Shown: in pieces, positions 54,915-64,000 of the stretch
Layout of the letters: each line of letters starts with the position of its first letter
How positions within the stretch are numbered: the first letter of the stretch is position 1
DNA from: Leptolyngbyaceae cyanobacterium
Lineage (GTDB): Bacteria > Cyanobacteriota > Cyanobacteriia > Phormidesmidales > Phormidesmidaceae
Length of the DNA stretch: 64,000 nt
Reading direction: 5' to 3'
Assembly: GCA_965263355.1 (NCBI GenBank)
Contig: CBDHHL010000032.1
Location: 3,648,001 to 3,712,000, forward strand
Program-made: the position numbers and the translations under genes
Notes under the pieces: generated by a model
Database searches by the model: none
Told to the model about the DNA's origin: nothing
What the model saw: only the letters and a program-made list of their open reading frames with translations

Positions 54915-55085
54915 CTATTTAAGGCCAATCAGCGAAACAAGACTCTGACCAGTGAAATACTCGATGGCGATCAAAATTAAGAAACCTACCATGGCAGCTC
55001 GTCCATTGAGCTGTTCAGCATATTCGTTAAACCCGTTTTTGGGGCGTTCAAGTTTGGGGCTAATGGAAGGCTTAATGTCAGTCAC
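54915..55085 (-). CDS. hli: High-light-inducible protein (HLIP)
   Basis: From GTG 55085: ...PKLERPKNGFNEYAEQLNGRAAMVGF (ExxNGRxAM motif). Confidence 0.92.
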   Translation of the reverse strand: MTDIKPSISPKLERPKNGFNEYAEQLNGRAAMVGFLILIAIEYFTGQSLVSLIGLK

Positions 55086-55258
55086 GATGTTAGACGCTGC
55101 GTTATACCTACTTATTCTCGCTATCAAAGGGAAAGTTCGTCAATCAGTTTTCACAGTTGGGGAATTTTACCCTAGATAAGTTTTCCTTTATGTAAGAGCG
55201 TTAAGCTAGAGCTAGGCGTCTGTGCAGGCTATGGCTGTTTACAGGGGAGGTAGTACCT

Positions 55259-56335
55259 ATGCAAATTGGTGTGCCCAAAGAGATCAAAAATCTAGAGTTT
55301 CGGGTAGGTCTGAGTCCCAGTAGCGTCAGAACACTTACAGAACAGGGGCATCAGGTCAAGGTAGAGACTGATGCTGGCGTGGGTTCAGGATTTAGCAATG
55401 ACGATTATCAACAGGCCGGTGCAACGATTGTGACGGCATCCGATGCTTGGCAGCAGGCCATGGTGGTCAAGGTTAAAGAGCCATTGTCTAAGGAATATGA
55501 CTATCTGCAGCCAGACCAGCTGCTGTTTACTTATCTGCATTTGGCCGCTAGTCGAGAGCTGACTGAGGCGTTAATGCAGAGTGGTGCGACGGCCATCGCT
55601 TACGAAACGGTTGAGAAAAACCATCAGCGTCCTTTGCTCACACCCATGAGTATCATTGCTGGACGGTTATCGGTGCAGTTTGGGGCCAGGTTTCTGGAAA
55701 AACAACAGGGAGGCCGAGGGGTTTTACTAGGGGGTATTCCGGGGGTCTGTCCAGGGCATGTGGTGGTGCTAGGGGGCGGTGTTGTCGGCACCGAGGCGAC
55801 CAAAATGGCTGTAGGTCTTGGTGCTCAGGTGACCCTGATTGATATCAATCTAGAGCGTTTAAATCAACTAGAAGAATTATTTGGTTCACGGGTGCAGTTG
55901 CTTTATAGCAACTCCGCCAATATTGAATTAGCCGTTTCTCAGGCAGATTTACTGATTGGTGCTGTCTTGGTGCCTGGGCGTCGACCGCCGACGTTGGTTT
56001 CCTCGGCCCTGGTGGAAAAGATGCCTGAGGGCGCTGTGATTGTCGATGTGGCGGTCGATCAGGGAGGCTGTATTGAAACAGTGCGACCCACATCCCACAG
56101 TGAACCGATTTATGTGGAGTCAGGTGTATTGCATTATGGGGTGCCGAATATGCCGGGGGCGGTGCCTCGGACAGCAACGGCGGCGTTGAATAACAGCACC
56201 TTGCCCTATGTGCTTAAGTTAGCCGATATGGGGTTAGATGCCTTGGCTACAGATAGTGCTCTAGCCGAAGGACTCAATGTTGTCAATAACCAGTTAGTGC
56301 ATCCAGCGGTTAAAGCGTCCTTTCCAGACCTGTAG
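55259..56335 (+). CDS. ald: Alanine dehydrogenase
   Basis: [35 protein letters not shown]. Confidence 0.97.
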   Translation: MQIGVPKEIKNLEFRVGLSPSSVRTLTEQGHQVKVETDAGVGSGFSNDDYQQAGATIVTASDAWQQAMVVKVKEPLSKEYDYLQPDQLLFTYLHLAASRELTEALMQSGATAIAYETVEKNHQRPLLTPMSIIAGRLSVQFGARFLEKQQGGRGVLLGGIPGVCPGHVVVLGGGVVGTEATKMAVGLGAQVTLIDINLERLNQLEELFGSRVQLLYSNSANIELAVSQADLLIGAVLVPGRRPPTLVSSALVEKMPEGAVIVDVAVDQGGCIETVRPTSHSEPIYVESGVLHYGVPNMPGAVPRTATAALNNSTLPYVLKLADMGLDALATDSALAEGLNVVNNQLVHPAVKASFPDL

Positions 56336-56381
56336 TGTTTTAGAGATTGATAGGGTTTTGTCACCCGATTAAATGGGTTTT

Positions 56382-57074
56382 CTAACCCTGAAGATTTAAC
56401 ATGGCCTGGCGGGTTTGCATTTGTAGCCAGCCTACTTGTTCATGTTTATCCAGATGGGCAACGGGTCTCAGGGTAATGGCTTTACCGATTCTTATGTCGG
56501 CAGCGCGGTAACGAGCGATGGATTGAACATTAGCCAGGTCGTAATGCTGTTCTATGTGGGGACGTATGGCAGGTGGGATGGTGATAGGTTCTAGTTTTTC
56601 TGCCTTGGGGATGATCATGGCTGGAATGACGGGCACTTGTGCACCGTAAGCTAGATGGGCAAAGCCTGATTGCAATTGGGCCAGGGGCGCATTAAAGTCG
56701 TTGGCAAAGATATAATCTTCACCTTCAGGGAAAATACCCAGCAGCTTTCCCTGCCGGAGGCGATGGAAGGCTTGTTTGATGGATGATGGGGTTGGCTGTC
56801 CTTCGGTTTTGACCGGTACCATGCCCGTGAGGTTGAGAACTTGACTAGTGACCGGTACGGCTGTCATATAATCGGCCACCATCCAAGCGATATAACGGGG
56901 TAGGGCCATGGTTATGAGCAGACCGTCGGTGTCGGAACGGTGGTTGCAGACGATGATGGCTGCACCATGCTGGGGAATATGGTTGACGCCATAGGTTGCG
57001 ATCGCAACTCCCCTCAACAAAAAAGGACGTAACAGCCAACGCAGGCTATGGTAGAAAGCTATTTGAACATCCAT
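56382..57074 (-). CDS. Lysophospholipid acyltransferase (PlsC family)
   Basis: NHRSDTD (HX4D), IFPEG, VPVIP. Confidence 0.9.
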   Translation of the reverse strand: MDVQIAFYHSLRWLLRPFLLRGVAIATYGVNHIPQHGAAIIVCNHRSDTDGLLITMALPRYIAWMVADYMTAVPVTSQVLNLTGMVPVKTEGQPTPSSIKQAFHRLRQGKLLGIFPEGEDYIFANDFNAPLAQLQSGFAHLAYGAQVPVIPAMIIPKAEKLEPITIPPAIRPHIEQHYDLANVQSIARYRAADIRIGKAITLRPVAHLDKHEQVGWLQMQTRQAMLNLQG

Positions 57075-57282
57075 ACCGTCATCATTGAGAATGATAGTGA
57101 ACCTGACGTCATCTAGGCTAGCGCTTTCGGGGTATTACCCCCCATCAAAAAAATCTATGACCCCTGAAGAACTTTATAAATTAGCCGCTGTATTAGATGC
57201 CTCCATGGGCAATGGGGTATAGGCGACGTTTGGTTTGATGGCAATGGTGGAATATGGTTTCATACTTAACCCAATTTTTTCC

Positions 57283-58134
57283 ATGCCTACACCCCGCGAA
57301 ATTTTAGAGGCCCTATTGCCTAGTCTGAAAATAGCCGCAGGCTATGCCCAGAAAATTCAGACCAGTATTGCGGCCCATCCCGATAAGTTTGACTCCGAAA
57401 ATTTCTTTGCGACAGCCTTGACCGATGCCGATCTTTCCATTCAAACGTTTATTGAAGTAACTCTACTGTCACTCTTTCCTGATATTCGTTTCTATGGTGA
57501 AGAGTTTGAGAAAACCTACAACACTAAATATTTTCGCTCCATTGAACTAGGCCCCCAGGATGACTATCTGGTCACCCTCGACCCCATCGACGGTACCCGG
57601 TTTTATATGGATGGTCATCCCAACTATCAGATTATTCTTACCGTTCTCAATGCAGATAGTTTTGAAGCGGTGATTGCCCTCAGTCCGGCGCTGGATCGGT
57701 TTTATTACAGCCTGCGCGGGCAAGGCACCTTTTACGGCACCCTAGCCGATAACCTGGATAGCTGCCAACCCTTAAAAATAGAGACGCCCAAGGATCAAGT
57801 ATTGTTGAGCTGGGCGCTGACCCATCTGGCCGATGCTTTGCAGGGACAATTTGAAACAATTTGTGTCAAGACTGACTATTCCCGAGAAGTTGCGATTCCA
57901 AATACCAATGGTTTGTTAACGGGGGACTTGACCGGAGTGATTTTGGCAGCGGGGCAATTTATTGATGGCGCTGCCCTTAGCTGGATGGCTCAGGAAATGG
58001 GCTATATCATCACCGATCATCAGGGCAATCCGCTGCCTGCGCTGAGTGAGTGTGAAGACTATAAGTGGCCAGGTATTGTGGTGGGCTCATCGCCAGAGGT
58101 ACACCAAAAACTTTTGGCGGTGTTTTTGCAGTAA
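57283..58134 (+). CDS. Inositol monophosphatase family protein
   Basis: TDADL, YGEE, LDPIDGT; ATG 57283 preferred. Confidence 0.88.
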   Translation: MPTPREILEALLPSLKIAAGYAQKIQTSIAAHPDKFDSENFFATALTDADLSIQTFIEVTLLSLFPDIRFYGEEFEKTYNTKYFRSIELGPQDDYLVTLDPIDGTRFYMDGHPNYQIILTVLNADSFEAVIALSPALDRFYYSLRGQGTFYGTLADNLDSCQPLKIETPKDQVLLSWALTHLADALQGQFETICVKTDYSREVAIPNTNGLLTGDLTGVILAAGQFIDGAALSWMAQEMGYIITDHQGNPLPALSECEDYKWPGIVVGSSPEVHQKLLAVFLQ

Positions 58135-58310
58135 TCCGACGTAATCGCTAAAACCTGGTTATAGGCGTAGACCTATCCATACGCTATCAAAATTTTCATT
58201 AACCCCGATTAACAGGACAATCCTGTACGGGGGCAGTAAGGGGCAATCCCTTGTGGATGCCCTGCTGATATCGGCTATCCACAAGGATTTCGTATCGGTT
58301 CGATAGATTC

Positions 58311-58331
58311 GTAGGGTGGGCATGACCCACC
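58311..58331 (+). repeat. GTAG-type REP-like palindrome
   Basis: GTAG GGTGGG CATGA CCCACC. Confidence 0.7.
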
Positions 58332-58338
58332 ATTCTAA

Positions 58339-58737
58339 TTAATCGTCCTTAGGAAACTTACATTTCACCTCGACCTCAAAGTTGCTCTCAGCTGAGCCGT
58401 TAACCAGCACCGGGACATTCGCACCACCGCTAAACTTGAGCCCAAACTTAAAATTCAGTTCTTCCACCTCTGCACCGCCCATATTTTTAAACGCATCAAT
58501 CACAAACCTGGCGTAGGTGCTAATGGTGCCATTGATTTCTCGCAGTTTGACCAACGTTTCTTTAGCAACGGTGGAGCGAGGTTGACTACCGTAAGATTCA
58601 TCGTCGTCCCAAAGGGTACCATCGCGTTTGGCATCTTTTTTAGGGGCACTGGGCACAACATCATCATCGGTTTGAATATAAACGGTATATTCGGCACCGG
58701 ACTCGTCTTGGACCACATAGGGTTGAATTTTGCTCAT
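58339..58737 (-). CDS. Trypco1 / CU044_2847-like protein
   Basis: C-terminal pattern EVEELNFKFGLKFSGGANVPVLVNGSAESNFEVEVK matches my recollection of the family; needs an HMM check. Confidence 0.75.
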   Translation of the reverse strand: MSKIQPYVVQDESGAEYTVYIQTDDDVVPSAPKKDAKRDGTLWDDDESYGSQPRSTVAKETLVKLREINGTISTYARFVIDAFKNMGGAEVEELNFKFGLKFSGGANVPVLVNGSAESNFEVEVKCKFPKDD

Positions 58738-58845
58738 GGGGGGAATTAGGAAATTGCTAGATAATCAGACCGGATCGGGAATGTTCGCTATGGTATTTGG
58801 AGAAATTGATAGATACGTTGAACCTTAAGCCTTTGTTTGTGTGGC

Positions 58846-61800
58846 ATGGCTAAATACGCCCTGGTAATCGGTCTAACTGACTATAGTAATGACTTTAACC
58901 CGCTCACCAGACCGGCAGCGGATGCTCAGGCCGTAGCCCAGATACTACAGACCAGCGGCTATCGCATTACGCCGATTTTAGCGGCGGCAAACTACGACGA
59001 TATTGTGGCCCAGCTAAAATCGTTTTTGCAGCAGACGGCCCATAAACATGAGGCGCTGATCTACATCACGGGCCATAGCTTTCTCGTGCAAGACGACTTG
59101 ACTGACGAGCAGGCTGGCTATATTGCTACCTCTGACTGTCGGGTGCGGTACGACGGCAACGACACCATTGTGGAACAGCGCGGTGGCATTCCGTTTGTGA
59201 ACTTTAACAAGCTGATTGCCAGGGCAGAGTTAAGTAATTTGGTGCTGCTGTTGGATACCTGCCATAGTGGTGGGCTGATTGAGCAGGGGCTGTTTCAGCA
59301 GAGCTTTAGCAGCTTTGGCCAAAAGACCGACTACTTTTTTATTACCGCTGCCCGCAGTTCAGAAGCGGCCTGGGCTAAGGCGGGGGCGGAGCACAGCGTA
59401 TTTACAACGGCATTGCTGAGTGGGTTGGCAGCAGAAAATGCGCCAGAGGGTGGAGCCATTACTGGGGATGATTTGTTTGCCCATATTGTTCGGCAGGTGA
59501 AGCATGAGCAGCAGGAACCCATGCGGCTGGGCCAGGGACGGTCGATTGAGATTGTGCGCCATGGCACAGCCAAACTGAATGCCCAAGTAAGTGAAAAGAA
59601 CCCCTATCAAGGTCTAAAGGCGTTTGACGAAGACTCTAAAGCGTTCTTTTTTGGGCGAGAAAGAGAGATTGAGCTGTTGCTGGCGAAACTGAGCCAGACA
59701 AACTTTGTGCCAGTGATTGGGGTGTCGGGCAGTGGCAAGTCGTCGGTGGTGCGGGCGGGGCTGATACCGGCACTGCGGCAGATGGGCAACTGGCGAATTT
59801 TAGCGCCGATCAAGCCGGGGATAGAGCCCATGGCGATGCTGAAAAATGCATTTTGTCAGCTAGTCAGCCACAGTCGCGATGTAAACCGCATGGCGGAGTG
59901 CATTGGTGAGAAGGATTTACTGGGGGCGGTGGCGCTGCTGCCGGACAGTCTGGACACCGAAAAACTATTGCTGGTGGTGGACCAGTTTGAAGAAGTGTTT
60001 GCCCTGGGCTCGCCAACATCAGAAAAGCAGCAGTTTATTGACTGTCTAACCAAGATTGCCAGGGTAAAAGACTCGCCACTGGCCATTGTCACCACCATGC
60101 GGGCGGACTTTTTGCCAGACTGGTTGAGCTATGGGGAACTGATCGAGTCGATTCAGCAAGATGCCGTATTTCTGGGGCGGTTGCAGGGGCAGGCGCTGCT
60201 AGATGCGGTGGAAAAACCGGCCCTGGTGCAGGGGCACAGCATTGAAAACGGTCTGCTGCAGCTAATTGCCGATGACATGAAAGCAGCCAGTAATGCCCTG
60301 CCGCTGTTGGAGTTTGCACTAGAAGCGCTGTGGGATCAGCGGGATACCCAGAACCACTGTTTGACGGTGGATGCTTACACGGGGATGGACCGGCTGAAGG
60401 GAACGTTGGATAGCCAGGCGACGAAGGTGTATGACCGGTTGGCGAAGACTGAACAGAGCTGGTGCCGTCGGGTGTGTTTAAGCCTGATTCGCATAGGTAA
60501 GGACGGAAAGGATACACGGCAGCGGCAGCCCCGAGAAAAGCTGCTGGCCATGGGGCAGACCGACAGTGAAAAAGAACTGATTGACTATGTGATCGATCGG
60601 CTGGTGGGGGCACGGCTGTTGGTGACCGGTGGGGATGGACAGCAGCGCTATGTGGATATTGCCCATGAAGCGCTGATGGATGGGTGGCAGCAGTTTGCCG
60701 ACTGGCGACAGGAAAATCGAGATTTACAACGGCTGGGGCAGCGGACACGGGATGCCTATGAGGAATGGGTGGGCCATGGTAAGCATCCGGACTATTTAAT
60801 CCCTAGCGGGTTATTAGCAGAACTACGAGAGCTGGCCGGTACGGTGCGAAACGATGTGCTATTGGCTACGGACCTGCGCACGTTTTTTACCCGCAGTGAC
60901 GAACAAGATCAGCAGCAACGGGCTGCTCTAGAGAAGGCTTTAGCCGATGCTCAAATCCAGGACCGCTCCCGTAAAATTCGTGACAAGCTAATCAATTTGC
61001 CTCAGTACACCGTCGAGGCCACCCTGGAAGCCATGGACACGGTCAACGATAGCCTGGTGGCGTTTAAAGGTGAGGTAAAACACTCGGCTCAATATGCCCT
61101 TAACCAAACCTGGCAGAAAATTCTTGAACGGCTAAAGCTGGAGGGCCATAGCGGCTCGGTTTTGGCCGTGGCCTTTAGCCCCGAGGGGGATCGGATTGTC
61201 TCCGGCAGCAAACCCTGCGCCTGTGGGATCGCGAGGGCAACCCCATCGGTGACCCCCTCCAGGGCCATAGCGACTCGGTTTGGGCCGTGGCCTTTAGCCC
61301 CGAGGGGGATCGGATTGTCTCCGGCAGCGATGATAAAACCCTGCGCCTGTGGGATCGCGAGGGCAACCCCATCGGTGACCCCCTCCAGGGCCATAGCGAC
61401 TCGGTTAGGGCCGTGGCCTTTAGCCCCGAGGGGGATCGGATTGTCTCCGGCAGCGGTGATAAAACCCTGCGCCTGTGGGATCGCGAGGGCAACCCCATCG
61501 GTGAGCCCCTCCAGGGCCATAGCGACTTTTGGCCGTGGCCTTTAGCCCCGAGGGGGATCGGATTGTCTCCGGCAGCGGTGATCAAACCCTGCGCCTGTGG
61601 GATCGCGAGGGCAACCCCATCGGTGACCCCCTCCAGGGCCATAGCGGCTCGGTTTAGGGCCGTGGCCTTTAGCCCCGAGGGGGATCGGATTGTCTCCGGC
61701 AGTAATGATAAAACCCTGCGCCTGTGGGATCGCGAGGGCAACCCCATCGGTGAGCCCCTCCAGGGCCATAGCGGCTCGGTTTTGGCCGTGGCCTTTAGCC

Positions 61801-62800
61801 CCGAGGGGGATCGGATTGTCTCCGGCAGCGATTGTCTGATCAAACCCTGCGCCTGTGGGATCGCGAGGGCAACCCCATCGGTGAGCCCCTCCAGGGCCAT
61901 AGCGACTCGGTTAGGGCCGTGGCCTTTAGCCCCGAGGGGGATCGGATTGTCTCCGGCAGCGATGATAAAACCCTGCGCCTGTGGGATCGCGAGGGCAACC
62001 CCATCGGTGAGCCCCTCCAGGGCCATAGCGAGGGCCGTGGCCTTTAGCCCCGAGGGGGATCGGATTGTCTCCGGCAGCGGTGATAAAACCCTGCGCCTGT
62101 GGGATCGCGAGGGCAACCCCATCGGTGAGCCCCTCCAGGGCCATAGCGGCTCGGTTAGGGCCGTGGCCTTTAGCCCCGAGGGGGATCGGATTGTCTCCGG
62201 CAGCGGTGATCAAACCCTGCGCCTGTGGGATCGCGAGGGCAACCCCATCGGTGAGCCCCTTAGCGACTCGGTTTGGGCCGTGGCCTTTAGCCCCGAGGGG
62301 GATCGGATTGTCTCCGGCAGCCCCGAGGGGGATCGGATTGTCTCCGGCATGATCAAACCCTGCGCCTGTGGGATCGCGAGGGCAACCCCATCGGTGAGCC
62401 CCTCCAGGGCCATAGCGGCTCGGTTTTGGCCGTGGCCTTTAGCCCCGAGGGGGATCGGATTGTCTCCGGCAGCGATGATCAAACCCTGCGCCTGTGGGAT
62501 CGCATCCGCTGGCAGGACTGGCTCCACGACTGCTGCACCAAGCTGTTGCACCACAGCGACCTGGTGCGACCCAAAACTGATGTGGCGAAGCAGGCCTGTC
62601 AAGTCTGCATGGACCATGGCTGGACTCCACAGGAGCGGGCAACGTTTTTGGTGGCCCAGGGTAAGTCGCTGGCCTATTACCAGCAAGATGTGGACGGGGC
62701 AGTGGCGAAGTTTGAGGCAGCGTTGGCGATTGACGAGGCGGCGTTAGATACCGAGCCGAGGGCGCTGGCGGAGAAAATAAAGGAGTGGGCCTCTCCCTAA
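58846..62800 (+). CDS. Caspase (C14)-nSTAND1 NTPase-WD40 repeat NLR-like protein, frameshifted within the repeats as assembled
   Basis: KYALVIG, YITGHS and LDTCHSG (His/Cys dyad); NPYQGLKAF, FFGRERE, GVSGSGKSS, VVDQFEEVF, LPLLEFAL, IAHEAL; WD40 units from 61141; TPR-like tail to TAA 62800. Confidence 0.9.
61141..62503 (+). repeat. 11 tandem ~126-bp WD40-coding repeats
   Basis: Unit starts at 61141, 61260, 61386, 61512, 61634, 61761, 61892, 62018, 62136, ~62261, 62405; consensus QGHS[DG]SV[RLW]AVAFSPEGDRIVSGS[DGN]D[KQ]TLRLWDREGNPIG[DE]PL. Confidence 0.97.
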
Positions 62801-62890
62801 GAGTCGCCCTGAGGTGTTTGTAATGGAAAACGGATGTAATGGAAAACGAACAGTGACGATATCTCCCGCCTGTAGCGCCTGTCCACTCAT
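62798..62890 (-). pseudogene. N-terminal remnant of a MazF/PemK-like toxin
   Basis: ATG 62890 gives MSGQALQAGDIVTVRFPL; removing a 16-bp duplication continues QTPQGDS*. Confidence 0.6.
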
Positions 62891-62935
62891 GGCCGAACGA
62901 TAATTGTGCCACCCTACGGCTGATTTCCAGGGGCT

Positions 62936-62997
62936 GGTGGGTAAGGGCATTGGCTACGGTTTATTGTCTACAGATTGGGGACCATTACCCACCCTAC
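62936..62997 (-). repeat. GTAG-type REP-like palindrome with long loop
   Basis: Reverse complement GTAG GGTGGGTAA...TTACCCACC. Confidence 0.7.
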
Positions 62998-63316
62998 GGA
63001 TTGACCACCTGGATCTTCCCCCCTCACGAAGAGCAGGGCTACTTCATTGTCTAGACAGAAAATCTGAGGGCATTGAAAGCTCATTTGAGGAAGACATGCT
63101 CTACCTAGAGCTGGGCCAAACAACAATGCGATAACCTGATTAATCGTCCCTGCCGTAACCCTTATTTATGCAATTAAGGACAACTCAGTAGGCCGGGTTC
63201 TAGGGCGGCCTCTGGCCCTAGCCATGGGGGTTTGGGGAACTCGGAGGGACCCCAAGCAACCGGTTTTGGTTCCCGCCGGTCGTATCTCCATGATATGTGC
63301 CCATGGTAGCTATTTT

Positions 63317-64000
63317 TTATCCCTCAGGCAGTTCACCAAACCGTTGCCGATAGCGCTCTAACAAAGCCGTTTGCTCGGCCAAAACCTCCTCCGCCGTCCG
63401 ATACCGCTGCCCCTGTCGATCAAACCAATACAGCGCCTCAACCGTTTGCCCACCGTCCTGGTAAGCCCCCCGACCAATGCCCAACCCAATTTCCGGCATC
63501 CAAAACGGCTCACCCACCTGCAATCGATACTCACCGTCGATCAGCTTGTATAGCTCAAAGGGCTGCTGTCGATCCCGTTGCCAAAACTCAGGGTTATAAA
63601 CCAGATAATAAAGTACACCCAGGGTTTGATAAATACTCTTTTTCTCGTCATATTCCCCACCTGGCGTTTGGGAAACCATCTCCAACACAAAGCTGGGTGG
63701 AACATCATTTTCTTCCCACAGCACATAGCTCCGTCGAGACTTCCCCCCTTTTTTCCGCTCCACCCCCATACTCAGAAACCCATCCGGCACCACAGGCACC
63801 TTTGGACTCACCCCTGTCGTGTGGTACACCGCCATATCCACACCAAAGTACCAATCCCACCGTTCAGCCCAAATAAACTTCAAAATAAACAGCAGCAGAT
63901 TGGGCAAAAAATTCTGGTCCTCATTGTCCACAGGACTATCGTCAGAGTACGGCAGCTCTGCACTAGTGGGTAATTGTATAAGTGTGTTGGCATCGGTCAT
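63317..64000 (-). CDS. Uma2 (DUF820) family endonuclease
   Basis: LPYSDDSPVDNEDQ, VVPDGFLS, VLEMVS, EYDEK...LGVLYYLVYNP; ATG sits at the window edge. Confidence 0.93.
   Translation of the reverse strand: MTDANTLIQLPTSAELPYSDDSPVDNEDQNFLPNLLLFILKFIWAERWDWYFGVDMAVYHTTGVSPKVPVVPDGFLSMGVERKKGGKSRRSYVLWEENDVPPSFVLEMVSQTPGGEYDEKKSIYQTLGVLYYLVYNPEFWQRDRQQPFELYKLIDGEYRLQVGEPFWMPEIGLGIGRGAYQDGGQTVEALYWFDRQGQRYRTAEEVLAEQTALLERYRQRFGELPEG

Noticed and set aside
61141..62503. Possible CRISPR array
   Set aside because: Units are 126 bp, contiguous, in-frame WD40 codons with no unique spacers and no cas genes.
61141..62503. DGR-style adenine mutagenesis (variants such as AAT/GAT/GGT, GAC/GGC, AAA/CAA involve A positions)
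   Set aside because: No reverse transcriptase or template repeat in the window, only 2-3 alleles per site that recur, and some variants are not at A; repeat shuffling explains the pattern more simply. A genome-wide RT/TR search would settle it.
61089..62912. Long alternative-frame and antisense ORFs (PCACGIARATP..., MALEGLTDG...)
   Set aside because: Shadow frames of the GC-rich stop-free WD40 unit; not independent genes.
62904..63134. 76-aa ORF downstream of the NLR
   Set aside because: Overlaps REP palindromes, non-ATG start, no recognisable motif.
57006..64000. Absence of HIP1 as evidence of foreign origin
   Set aside because: A longer HIP1-free gap occurs in core genes (about 2.7-11.8 kb), so this is not significant.

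Overview
Chromosomal window from a cyanobacterium: photosynthesis genes petBD, psaE, psbO, ndhO, chlH, chlP and an hli gene are present, with about 20 HIP1 GCGATCGC octamers counted by eye. A filamentous Leptolyngbya-like lineage is my inference only. Bases 1-58.1 kb are mostly intact housekeeping genes (ligA, truB, ctpA, eda, ftsH, tsaB, lipA, mdh, mutM, sigF, dnaK, ald, porin, glycosyltransferases). Their intergenic spaces carry two non-autonomous repeat families: a ~73-bp TA-bounded element (8 full or near-full copies plus one half copy, three of them ending exactly on a gene's TAA stop) and a 132-139-bp MITE with clean 8-bp target-site duplications (2 copies). The last ~6 kb is an accessory, defence-like cassette: a Trypco1/CU044_2847-like gene divergent from a caspase-nSTAND1-WD40 NLR-like gene. 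Its 11 near-identical 126-bp WD40 repeats vary almost only in two short windows, and six of the seven indel sites lie in those windows. A broken mazF/pemK-like remnant, GTAG-type REP palindromes and a Uma2 endonuclease follow. No rRNA, tRNA or CRISPR array was found. All calls are by eye and from recalled family motifs; no searches were run.
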